DNA of 48,418 nt from Patescibacteria group bacterium. GTDB taxonomy: Bacteria > Patescibacteriota > Minisyncoccia > RBG-13-40-8-A. The translations under genes and the position numbers were made by a program. Where the stretch lies: NCBI GenBank assembly GCA_049322295.1, contig JBMORO010000052.1, positions 1-48,418 of the forward strand. Reading direction: 5' to 3'. Shown here one piece after another: positions 36,595-44,933 of this stretch. The notes beneath the pieces were generated by a model. It did no database searches and was not told where the DNA came from. It was given only the letters and a program-made list of their open reading frames with translations. Numbering within the stretch: the first letter of the stretch is position 1; every line of letters begins with the position of its first letter.

Positions 36595-37551
36595 TTATTC
36601 GTTGATATTATCAAAATTAATTTTCTCTTTAATTAAATAAATAGGTTTTTTCTGGGACTCGTAATAATTCCTTATCATAATTTCAGCTAAAAGCCCCATT
36701 AAAATAAATTGGAGACCAACCAAAATGAAAAAGGTGGTCAAAAGAGGAAGAGGAGTGTCAACAAGGGATTTGCCCTCAATAAGCTTACGCAAGATTGCCC
36801 AGAGAGCGAATAAAAACCCTAAAAACAATGACCAATAACCAACCTTGCCAAAAAAATGCATTGGCTTAGTGGAGTAATCAGTCAAAAACTTAACCGTCAA
36901 AAGGTCTAAAATAACCCAGAAAGTTCGAGAAATGCCATATTTGGTTTTGCCATATTTTCTCGGTCTGTGATTAACAACTATTTCGGATATTTTTGCTCCG
37001 TACCAGGAAGCATAAGCTGGCATAAACCGATGCATTTCTCCATAAAAACGAACATTTTTTATCACTTCTTTCCGATAAGCTTTCATTGTGCAGCCATAAT
37101 CATGCAATTTAACACCAGTAATAGCGGATATTAACCAATTAGCTATTTTTGAAGGAATTATCCTGGTAAATAACTTATCCCTACGTTTCTTTCGCCAGCC
37201 CGAAACTACATCAAAACCTTCTTCTATTTTCTCTAAAAATTTAGGAATATCAGCAGGATCGTTTTGGAAATCGGCATCCATCGGAATAATAATCTCGCCT
37301 TTTGAAAAATCTATACCAGCTGAAATAGCAGCTGTTTGACCAAAATTTTTCCTAAAATTAATCACCTTAAAAAGAGGGTCATTCGCGGTTATCTCTTTCA
37401 AAATTTGATAACTATTATCTCTGGAACCATCATTAATTGCTATTATCTCGTACTCAATAGATAAATTATCCAGAGTTTTTTTAAGCTCTTGATAAGACTC
37501 TTTTATACTTTTCTCCTCATTATAAATTGGAATTATTATAGATAGTTTCAT
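36595..37551 (-). CDS. GT2 glycosyltransferase, polyprenyl-phosphate sugar synthase-like (ArnC/DPM1/GtrB type) with C-terminal TM helices
   Basis: KLSIIIPIYNEEKSI, AINDGSRDNS and PMDADFQNDP are present. Two C-terminal helices follow (WSLFLGFLFALWAIL and LLTTFFILVGLQFILMGLLAEI). Confidence 0.85.
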   Translation of the reverse strand: MKLSIIIPIYNEEKSIKESYQELKKTLDNLSIEYEIIAINDGSRDNSYQILKEITANDPLFKVINFRKNFGQTAAISAGIDFSKGEIIIPMDADFQNDPADIPKFLEKIEEGFDVVSGWRKKRRDKLFTRIIPSKIANWLISAITGVKLHDYGCTMKAYRKEVIKNVRFYGEMHRFMPAYASWYGAKISEIVVNHRPRKYGKTKYGISRTFWVILDLLTVKFLTDYSTKPMHFFGKVGYWSLFLGFLFALWAILRKLIEGKSLVDTPLPLLTTFFILVGLQFILMGLLAEIMIRNYYESQKKPIYLIKEKINFDNINE

Positions 37552-38459
37552 AGGCCTTGTTTTTTAATAATTAACCAAAAAGAAGAACCACTCCTAGGAA
37601 ATAGATTTGAAAATAATTTATCTAAATACCTCAAAAAGAAATTTTTAGAAGAGTCAATTTTGCCAAGATGATTGTATGTTCTAAGTAATAATAACTTAGA
37701 AGTGGGGAAGTATTCTTTTTTTATTAGAAGGGGGTCGAATCCAGCCTCTTTATTTATTTTGGATGAAACAGTGGGAGACCAGATATCTACCAATGCCTGA
37801 ATTTCTTGGTCGTTTAATTTTTGTCCCGATTTGATTATTCCTTCCTTTACTAGTTGTTCATTGATCTCATCAGTTAAGACAATTTTTTGATTTTGTATAG
37901 ATTTTTTAAATTTACTTAATTTAACAGAAAAATAACTCAGGAGACGAAATATAAAGACCAGTAAGAAATTTTTAAAAAATTTTCTATTTGGTTCATGGGC
38001 TATACAAATTATTCCTTCTGATTTCAATAGTCGATTGGCTTCCTCTAAAAACTTATGATAGCCGGGCAAATGATGCAAAACTGAATTAACTGTTATCAAA
38101 TCAATGGAAGTATTGGCTAAAAATGGCATTTCTTCGCAGTCTGTTTCAACAAATTCAAATTGACAAGAAAATTTTTTTAATTTTTCTTTCGCTATCATTA
38201 ACATCTTAAGAGAAATGTCGGCACAAATAACTTTATCTTGGGGAGTTAAATATTGAGCCAAGATAGCAGGTACAAAACCAGTTCCGCTGCCTACATCTAA
38301 GACGGTTATTGGTCGTGATAAGTGTTCTAAATATCTCTGACAAAAATTTTTCCAATTGTCCCCCTCTCTTAATATCTCTAAATGTTGCTGGTCATAAAAA
38401 TTAGCTTCCTCATTATGAAAAATCTTATTGAATTTTTTAACTATCTCGTTATTTACCAT
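37548..38459 (-). CDS. Class I SAM-dependent methyltransferase
   Basis: Motif I is VLDVGSGTGF. IDLITVNSVLHHL and LKSEGIICIAHEPN are also present. Confidence 0.8.
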   Translation of the reverse strand: MVNNEIVKKFNKIFHNEEANFYDQQHLEILREGDNWKNFCQRYLEHLSRPITVLDVGSGTGFVPAILAQYLTPQDKVICADISLKMLMIAKEKLKKFSCQFEFVETDCEEMPFLANTSIDLITVNSVLHHLPGYHKFLEEANRLLKSEGIICIAHEPNRKFFKNFLLVFIFRLLSYFSVKLSKFKKSIQNQKIVLTDEINEQLVKEGIIKSGQKLNDQEIQALVDIWSPTVSSKINKEAGFDPLLIKKEYFPTSKLLLLRTYNHLGKIDSSKNFFLRYLDKLFSNLFPRSGSSFWLIIKKQGL

Positions 38460-39556
38460 AATACCTGTTTATAAATCTCAAGATACTTCTCAACCACATT
38501 GTCCCACCTCATCTCCTGGGCTCTTTTTTTACCACCTTCACCCAATCTTCTTAACAATGCATCATTATTAAGTAATTTTAAAACTGCCTCAGCTGTTTTT
38601 TGAGTGTCTCTTTGAGGAACAAGTAATCCTGTTACATTATTTATAATAGCATCTTCAGCTCCACAATCATAGGTTCCAATCACTGGCTTTCCGCAAGCTC
38701 CTGCCTCTAAATACACTAGACCAAAACCCTCAAAATCATTATTGTTAATAGTAATTGGAGTTAATAAAAATATATCCGCCCAATAATAAAGCTCAATTAA
38801 ATCTTCGTCTGATATGTTCTGGAAGAATTTAACATTCATTTCTAATTTATATTTTTTAATTAAATCCGAATAAAATTCTGAGGGGTGTCCTCCTACTATC
38901 CAATATTTTATATTTTTGTATTTCTTTTTAACTTCGGCTATTGCGGGTATAGAAATATGATAGCCCTTGCGCAGTTTTAACGCTCCAACGCTTAAAATAA
39001 CTTTCGCATCTGCGTCTTTCTGCGTTTTAATCCGCGTTAATCTGCTTCTATTAAATTTATCATAATTAACTCCGTGATTTATCACTATTGTGTTATCTAA
39101 CTTTACTCTTTTCAAAATCTGTTTTTCAGTAAATCTACTAATACATATTATCCTATCTGCTCTTTTATAAGCCCAACTCATTAGACCTTTTTTTAGGGGA
39201 ATATCAAGAGGCAGGATTGAATAAGTGCCAATTCCATTAATAATCAATTTTTTATTTAAACCAATATTGGCTAAAGCAGCAATTACCCCATAGGGATAGC
39301 CGTCTAAGGCATGAACTATGTCACATTTTTTAATGTATTTCCGAATTTTAAAAGCATTTACAAAAATATTATGAAAATGCCGCATAAGATAGGACTTGCG
39401 GAGGACGGCTCTCTCTAATTTATGTCCACTTTCCTGCTCGGTCAAAACTATTGCTTCGATGCCTTCTTTCTTTGAAATATTTTCTACCACGTCCCTACCA
39501 AATCTTCCTACCCCTGCTTTTATATCCAAATTTTCATTTAAAAAACAAATTTTCAT
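38453..39556 (-). CDS. GT4 glycosyltransferase
   Basis: The C-terminal domain carries FGLVYLEAGACGKPVIGTYDCGAEDAIINNVTGLLV. The inter-domain linker contains the 42-nt element. Confidence 0.8.
   Translation of the reverse strand: MKICFLNENLDIKAGVGRFGRDVVENISKKEGIEAIVLTEQESGHKLERAVLRKSYLMRHFHNIFVNAFKIRKYIKKCDIVHALDGYPYGVIAALANIGLNKKLIINGIGTYSILPLDIPLKKGLMSWAYKRADRIICISRFTEKQILKRVKLDNTIVINHGVNYDKFNRSRLTRIKTQKDADAKVILSVGALKLRKGYHISIPAIAEVKKKYKNIKYWIVGGHPSEFYSDLIKKYKLEMNVKFFQNISDEDLIELYYWADIFLLTPITINNNDFEGFGLVYLEAGACGKPVIGTYDCGAEDAIINNVTGLLVPQRDTQKTAEAVLKLLNNDALLRRLGEGGKKRAQEMRWDNVVEKYLEIYKQVLW
39008..39049 (-). repeat. 42-nt in-frame element, copy b (encodes RSRLTRIKTQKDAD)
   Basis: On the minus strand it reads agaagcagattaacgcggattaaaacgcagaaagacgcagat. 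It is 34/42 identical to the copy at 46943-46984. The two share the 16-mer tctgcgtctttctgcg (39009-39024 and 46944-46959). Confidence 0.75.
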
Positions 39557-41397
39557 TTTTCTATAAACTCTTTATGCCAAATCTGGAAAGTAATCAGGGC
39601 CCAGATTAGGTTTAAATTATATTTTCTTTTTTCGATATGGTCACCGAACATTTTGTTGATGCCATTAAAATTAAAATATTTTTTGGTTTCTGAACAATAA
39701 TTTTCTGATAAAATTTCTTTGGCAAATTTATTTAAATCTGTTCTTAGCCATTGAGACATTGGGGTAAGCCAAACTTTTTTGTATTCTGATTCTAAAATAT
39801 GTTTCGGCAAGTATTCTTTTATTGCCTCTTTCCAAATTGCTTTTCCCTCTTTTTTGCTTTTTATCTTGTATTTACTGGGAATTTTCATTGCCAATTCAAC
39901 TAAATAATGGTCTAAAATTGGCACTCTCTGTTCTAACCCGAAAGCCATCGTCATTTTGTCTGTTCTCATTAAAGATTCATCGGCTAACCAAGTTTTCAAA
40001 TCAGTTAGCATAAACAATTTTTCAAAATCAGCATCCGAAAAGCGCGCCTTCGCCCTTCGGGCTTCGGCAATCCGAATGCGCCCATGCGAATTGAAATAAT
40101 TTTCTTTGAAGAATTGCTTGGTTAATTTGTTCTGATTTATCTCTTTATTTATAATTTTGCCAATCTCTTTTTCTTTCTGGAACATAAATCTAGCATAAAT
40201 TTTCGTTTTTAAGAAAGGAAACAATTTAGTTGCCCAAAATCTGCTCAATAAATAACTATAATAATATCTTTTATATCCACCGAATAGTTCATCTCCTCCG
40301 TCTCCGCCTAAAACTACAGCCACTTCTTCTTTGGCTAATTTTGAAAGCAAAAAAGTCGCAGTTTGGGTTGGTTCGGCAATTGGTTCATCTAGATGATAAA
40401 TAACTTTTTCTAAATTATCTAAAATATTTCTGCTTTTAACTAATAACTCATGATGGTCAGTATTATAAAATTTAGAGGTTTGATGAGCCAAAAGAAAATC
40501 GGCATTGAATTTATTATTCGGATCATCAACATCAAAACCAACCGAAAATGTTTTAATTTTTCCCGCCAAGAATTCTCGAGAAACCCCCAAAACAGAAGTT
40601 GAATCAATGCCCCCGCTCAAAAAAATCCCTACCGGTCGGTCAGATATCAACTGACCCTTTATCGACTTTCTCACTAATTCTTGAATTTTTTCAATAATTT
40701 CCTGTTTTGAGCTTAAATTAGAAAAATCCTCTATATCCCAATATTTTCGGATTTTTATTTTCCAGCCCGAGGCTGGTCCGCCTTTGGCAGATAAATAATG
40801 TCCTTGGGGTAACTTATATATATTTTTAAACATTGTTAACGGTGCTGGCACGTAAAGCAATCTAAAATAGTGATTGAACGCTTCTAAATCTATTTCTTTT
40901 TCAATGTTATGCTCTAAAATTCCCTTAATCTCAGAAGAAAAAATAAATTTGCCATTTTGATTATAATAATATAGGGGCTTAACACCTATTCTATCCCGAG
41001 CCAAAAATAATTCTTTATTTTTAATATCCCAAATAGCAAAAGCAAATATGCCATTTAAAAATTTCAGACAATCTTCTTTATAATCTTCATAAAGATGCAG
41101 AATTACTTCGCTATCTGTATTAGAAATAAATTTATGGGCATTTTTTTCTAAATCCCTGCGCAACTCTTGAAAGTTGTAAATCTCCCCATTAAAAATAACA
41201 CAAAGGGATTTATCCTCATTAAACATCGGCTGTTTTCCTCTTTCTGATAAATCAATTATCGAAAGCCGTTGATGACCCAAAGAAATATCATTATCTAAAA
41301 AAATCCCGCTTTGGTCGGGTCCTCGATGTTTAATTCGATTATTCATTTTCTCAATCAAATTTTCACTCCGAAAATTGAAGCCATTAATACCGCACAT
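39553..41397 (-). CDS. Asparagine-synthase-family (AsnB-type) amidotransferase, copy 2
   Basis: MCGINGF, FNGEIYNF and FLSGGIDST are present. A GC-rich patch at 40031-40088 encodes HGRIRIAEARRAKARFSDA. Confidence 0.85.
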   Translation of the reverse strand: MCGINGFNFRSENLIEKMNNRIKHRGPDQSGIFLDNDISLGHQRLSIIDLSERGKQPMFNEDKSLCVIFNGEIYNFQELRRDLEKNAHKFISNTDSEVILHLYEDYKEDCLKFLNGIFAFAIWDIKNKELFLARDRIGVKPLYYYNQNGKFIFSSEIKGILEHNIEKEIDLEAFNHYFRLLYVPAPLTMFKNIYKLPQGHYLSAKGGPASGWKIKIRKYWDIEDFSNLSSKQEIIEKIQELVRKSIKGQLISDRPVGIFLSGGIDSTSVLGVSREFLAGKIKTFSVGFDVDDPNNKFNADFLLAHQTSKFYNTDHHELLVKSRNILDNLEKVIYHLDEPIAEPTQTATFLLSKLAKEEVAVVLGGDGGDELFGGYKRYYYSYLLSRFWATKLFPFLKTKIYARFMFQKEKEIGKIINKEINQNKLTKQFFKENYFNSHGRIRIAEARRAKARFSDADFEKLFMLTDLKTWLADESLMRTDKMTMAFGLEQRVPILDHYLVELAMKIPSKYKIKSKKEGKAIWKEAIKEYLPKHILESEYKKVWLTPMSQWLRTDLNKFAKEILSENYCSETKKYFNFNGINKMFGDHIEKRKYNLNLIWALITFQIWHKEFIEK

Positions 41398-41443
41398 GGA
41401 TTTATCCTATCATGTTTCGCTAAAAAAATAAACCCCCCACTAG

Positions 41444-41497
41444 AAAAAGCACTAGTCATCTTTGATGACCAAATTAAACTTTAGTTAGTGCTTTTTT
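41444..41497 (-). terminator. Terminator-like structure flanked by an A-run and a T-run, downstream of 41532-42812
   Basis: The outer stem is gcacta (41449-41454)/tagtgc (41486-41491). The inner hairpin is gtcatc-ttt-gatgac (41455-41469). The flanks are aaaaa and tttttt, so a U-tract follows the stem on either strand. Confidence 0.45.
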
Positions 41498-41531
41498 CAG
41501 TACGGGGTAAACTCTTTTTGTTCTTTTGCTC

Positions 41532-42812
41532 TTACAACGAAGTCACATCCGCTCCCTTGGAATACCAATCAAGTTCTTTCTTGTTAATGGTGAAGATAGC
41601 ATTAGCATTTCCTCCCTGACTTAAGTAATTTTCAGCAGTCATATTAATCCAGTGAAGCGTACCAGTATCTTCTCCAGTTACTTTCATCAAATATACTTTA
41701 GGAGAATCAACATAGCGGTAATGATGAGAAGTTACAAAGGCGTCTCGGGTTGTCTTGGTTACTGTTTTGACTGCTTTCCAACCACCCAAATGGCCATACA
41801 TATTAAAAATGGTTGGATTAAGGAATAAGCGTTTGTAGCCAAATTGATTGACGATAAAGACATCCCAATCTCCTTCAGCCCTGATTAAATCTCCTTCTTT
41901 AAGACCATAGTCTTTTGGATCAGCCATTTTCTTGGCTGCTGAATCGCCCAATATCACAAAATAAGTAAAGTGATTGGTAGCGGCTGTGATTTTATTATTG
42001 GCCTTATCAAGTGTGCTAGTTAAAGCCGACCACTTACTTCCATCCCAATAATAAATCTTCAAACTATCTTCATTCAAATCGCTAATCTGGGTATCAGTAT
42101 AAGTAAAGGTCAGGGTTACATCTTTGGAAAAAGTTGCCACCGCCATTCCATTAGCAGTGGCAGTTAGATTATAAGCATAACCACCAGCTATGCTCTTGCC
42201 TGAAGGAAGAGAACGGGTACTAACCACTTCAGCTTTTTCATCAGCGACAATTTTTATTTCGGTTGAAGAGCTAACTGCATTAGCTGGTAAATCAACTATA
42301 ATATTATTCTCTTCATTGGTAGTTAAAGTTGTCTTTCCTCCGCCAGAAGGAGTAGCGGTGACCTGACCAGTAGTAGTTGTTGGCTTAGATGGAGTGGTTG
42401 GTTCTGGAGCGGCTCCGCCTCCGCCACCAGTACTTCCCCAAGAAGGACAGGTTTCTGTAGAGGGTGTTATGGTGATGGTTGTCTGGGTGCCGCTGCCACC
42501 AAGAACTTTTCTAGAATAAGAAGAATTATAATTACAATCAGTTTCAGCTAAACTATTAAACAGATATCTATCAGAAGACCTTATTTCCACGCTTGAATTA
42601 GCTGACAAGGTAAAGGTCATATAACTAGAATAAACACTCATTTCATCAGCCAAGGAACCAGCTATAATTGTAAAACTCATGCCATTATCCAGAACTATGG
42701 TGGTATCAGCATTAAAACTAAGCTCATCAGCTGCAAGGGCAAACCAAGGCAAACCCAACATTCCTGCTGTAAAAATCAAGAGAAACGCTATTGTAAGGAT
42801 TTTTTTGCGCAT
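41532..42812 (-). CDS. Secreted surface protein with a Gly/Thr/Pro-rich linker, an Ig-like middle region and the shared 129-aa C-terminal domain
   Basis: The signal peptide is MRKKILTIAFLLIFTAGMLGLPWFALA. The linker is GSTGGGGGAAPEPTTPSKPTTTTGQVTATPSGGGKTT (about 42318-42437). The C-terminal 129 aa are 97/129 identical to those of 669-2465. Confidence 0.75.
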   Translation of the reverse strand: MRKKILTIAFLLIFTAGMLGLPWFALAADELSFNADTTIVLDNGMSFTIIAGSLADEMSVYSSYMTFTLSANSSVEIRSSDRYLFNSLAETDCNYNSSYSRKVLGGSGTQTTITITPSTETCPSWGSTGGGGGAAPEPTTPSKPTTTTGQVTATPSGGGKTTLTTNEENNIIVDLPANAVSSSTEIKIVADEKAEVVSTRSLPSGKSIAGGYAYNLTATANGMAVATFSKDVTLTFTYTDTQISDLNEDSLKIYYWDGSKWSALTSTLDKANNKITAATNHFTYFVILGDSAAKKMADPKDYGLKEGDLIRAEGDWDVFIVNQFGYKRLFLNPTIFNMYGHLGGWKAVKTVTKTTRDAFVTSHHYRYVDSPKVYLMKVTGEDTGTLHWINMTAENYLSQGGNANAIFTINKKELDWYSKGADVTSL

Positions 42813-42841
42813 AGATTAATTTCCGATTAATTATATTAATT

Positions 42842-43552
42842 CTATAAGTCCGCTGGAGTCCAAACATTTGTTTCATCGCAAATGTTAAGAGTTGTATCTA
42901 ATGTAGCGCCTGTTCTAATGTAAATATCGCCTACACTACAGTTTGTAGTACTACCTTGGGGAGAAGCTGTTCCAGTTAGAATATCTACTCCATTATCCAA
43001 AAGAAGACCATTACTAGATAATGATACCTGACCATCAAAATAAGCAGTACCATCTACTTCTAATTTACCGGTTACCAATAAGTCATCCTCGGCGGCTAAA
43101 CTATGGCTAGTAAGAGCCTCATCCCCAATTCTGAGATACCCTCCAGCATCAACGTTTCCGTAAAGCATGGGAACTCTTAGCGAAGTAGCAACTGAAGCTG
43201 TGCTATCAAAATAAACCGCATCATCCACTTCTAATAGCCCACTAACCAATAAATCATCGGCATCAGCTAAGGAATGACCGGTAGTGTTTGAACCTAGCCT
43301 AGAATAGCTAACTGTGGCTGTGCTCTCGCCTCCACCGAATTGGAAACTGCCCGATGCCCAAAGATCTTCTGAAATAGAGGCAGTACCAAGCACAGAAAAC
43401 TCTGTAGCAGTGCCTGAACCGTTCACACTTAAGACCCCTCCCACACTAACATTATTACCAACTGTAGTGGTTGCTTTAACCACCACAAAAACCACTAAGA
43501 CGCAGATAATAATACTGAATAATACTGCAAAAAATTCTTTTGCTTTTTTCAT
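42842..43552 (-). CDS. Membrane-anchored fibre-like repeat protein
   Basis: The N-terminal anchor is FFAVLFSIIICVLVVFVVV. There is an internal ~50-aa duplication (GHSLADADDLLVSGLLEVDDAVYFDSTASV / SHSLAAEDDLLVTGKLEVDGTAYFDGQVSL). The C-terminal motif is GDIYIRTG...LNICDETNVW. Confidence 0.6.
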   Translation of the reverse strand: MKKAKEFFAVLFSIIICVLVVFVVVKATTTVGNNVSVGGVLSVNGSGTATEFSVLGTASISEDLWASGSFQFGGGESTATVSYSRLGSNTTGHSLADADDLLVSGLLEVDDAVYFDSTASVATSLRVPMLYGNVDAGGYLRIGDEALTSHSLAAEDDLLVTGKLEVDGTAYFDGQVSLSSNGLLLDNGVDILTGTASPQGSTTNCSVGDIYIRTGATLDTTLNICDETNVWTPADL

Positions 43553-43690
43553 AATCTATATTTTAACCTAATTAATGATTATTAAATTATTATTTGCTAT
43601 GCATCACTATACATCAGCAAACAATCTCTTATCAGAATATCGACCTTTATTAAATCGACAACTATTTTCATTATAACAGAAAGATAAAAG

Positions 43691-44884
43691 TCAATGAATA
43701 CTTTTGTGGATAAACTCCAAAATCTTTTTTGCTCGTCTACCCCAGGTATATTTCTGAACATCTTTAGATGCTTGTTCAGAAACTCTTTTAGCTAAGTCCG
43801 GCTTATTCAAAAATTCTTCAATCCCCTTAGCTAAAGATGATGGGTCGCCTGGTTTAACTAATATACTATTCCTTTCATTAAGAATTTCTCGAATCGACGG
43901 AAGGTCAGAGGCTACTATTGGCTTCCTGCTTGCCATATACTCAAAAAGTTTTAAAGGGGAACAGTAGTAAGCATAATGTTTTTCCCAGGGAAAAGGAATA
44001 ACTAAAATATCCGAAGCTTTCTCATATCTAGGCACCTCACTAAATGGAACCCTTTTAACAAAAATCAAATCTCTATTTAAAAGGCCAACTCTTTTTGTCT
44101 CTTCTTGATAATCTCTAATTTCTTCTTCTTTACCGCCGACAAACATCATCATCAAATCTCCTCTGCCTTCATCTTTTAAAATTTTTAGAGCTCTGAGCAT
44201 ATCCCCAAGACCTTTCTCTCTTCCCTTTGTATAAAATTGACCAATATAAGAAATTAATATTTTATGCTGGGGCAAATTTAGTTCCTGGCGAAGTTCTTCT
44301 TTTGATTTATTAATTCTATCAAACATCTCTAAATCAACGGCATCAGGCGCAACAAATATTCTATTCTTCTCCTTAATTGATTCTTTCATTAAAATCTCTC
44401 TCATTAATTTAGTGATAACAATAACAAATTTTATTCTTTGATATAAAAATTTCTCATAAAATCTAAATTTGGATGGTAGACTATGAGCCTCGTATATTAA
44501 ATTCTTTTTAAACAAACTTAAAAATAAAAGAGTAAACCTGTCTCGAGAATATATAATATCAGACCTTTTAAAAAATAAATAAATTAATGTTAAAAGAGCA
44601 AAGCTAATATTTTGAACCCAAAAACCAAGATGACCAATATATTTTTTAAAAGGAATTAAATCTAAAGAAAAAACCCTTTTAATCTTAAATTTTTCTCTAA
44701 TTCCGTAATACTCAAAGGGGTTGGCTTTTTCAACAACTCCACCAAAACGAACAGGTATAATAAGCTCAACCTCGCCACCGAGTTTAGTAAAAGCTTCGCA
44801 CATCTTCATCGTCTGATAAGAATTAGCCTTCTCGGCTGGAATCACCGATGTAGTAATATAAATTATTTTCATCCCCTTAGACAT
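43691..44884 (-). CDS. GT4 glycosyltransferase
   Basis: The C-terminal domain carries CSPLKLFEYMASRKPIVASDLPSIREIL. Confidence 0.8.
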   Translation of the reverse strand: MSKGMKIIYITTSVIPAEKANSYQTMKMCEAFTKLGGEVELIIPVRFGGVVEKANPFEYYGIREKFKIKRVFSLDLIPFKKYIGHLGFWVQNISFALLTLIYLFFKRSDIIYSRDRFTLLFLSLFKKNLIYEAHSLPSKFRFYEKFLYQRIKFVIVITKLMREILMKESIKEKNRIFVAPDAVDLEMFDRINKSKEELRQELNLPQHKILISYIGQFYTKGREKGLGDMLRALKILKDEGRGDLMMMFVGGKEEEIRDYQEETKRVGLLNRDLIFVKRVPFSEVPRYEKASDILVIPFPWEKHYAYYCSPLKLFEYMASRKPIVASDLPSIREILNERNSILVKPGDPSSLAKGIEEFLNKPDLAKRVSEQASKDVQKYTWGRRAKKILEFIHKSIH

Positions 44885-44902
44885 TTTTTGTTTTGGGTTG
44901 CC

Positions 44903-44930
44903 CCGTTAGAAATAACGCTATGTCTAACGG
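44903..44930 (-). promoter_or_regulatory. Intercistronic hairpin between radical SAM paralog 7 and the downstream GT4
   Basis: CCGTTAGA-(12 nt)-TCTAACGG forms an 8-bp stem. No U-tract follows on the minus strand. Confidence 0.3.
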
Positions 44931-44933
44931 AGT

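Noticed and set aside
41499-41508. The 10-mer ccccgtactg occurs near both paralogous surface-protein genes, at 2525-2534 and as a reverse complement at 41499-41508.
   Set aside because: The match is short, the relative positions differ (upstream of one gene and downstream of the other), and the flanks show no similarity. This is compatible with chance.
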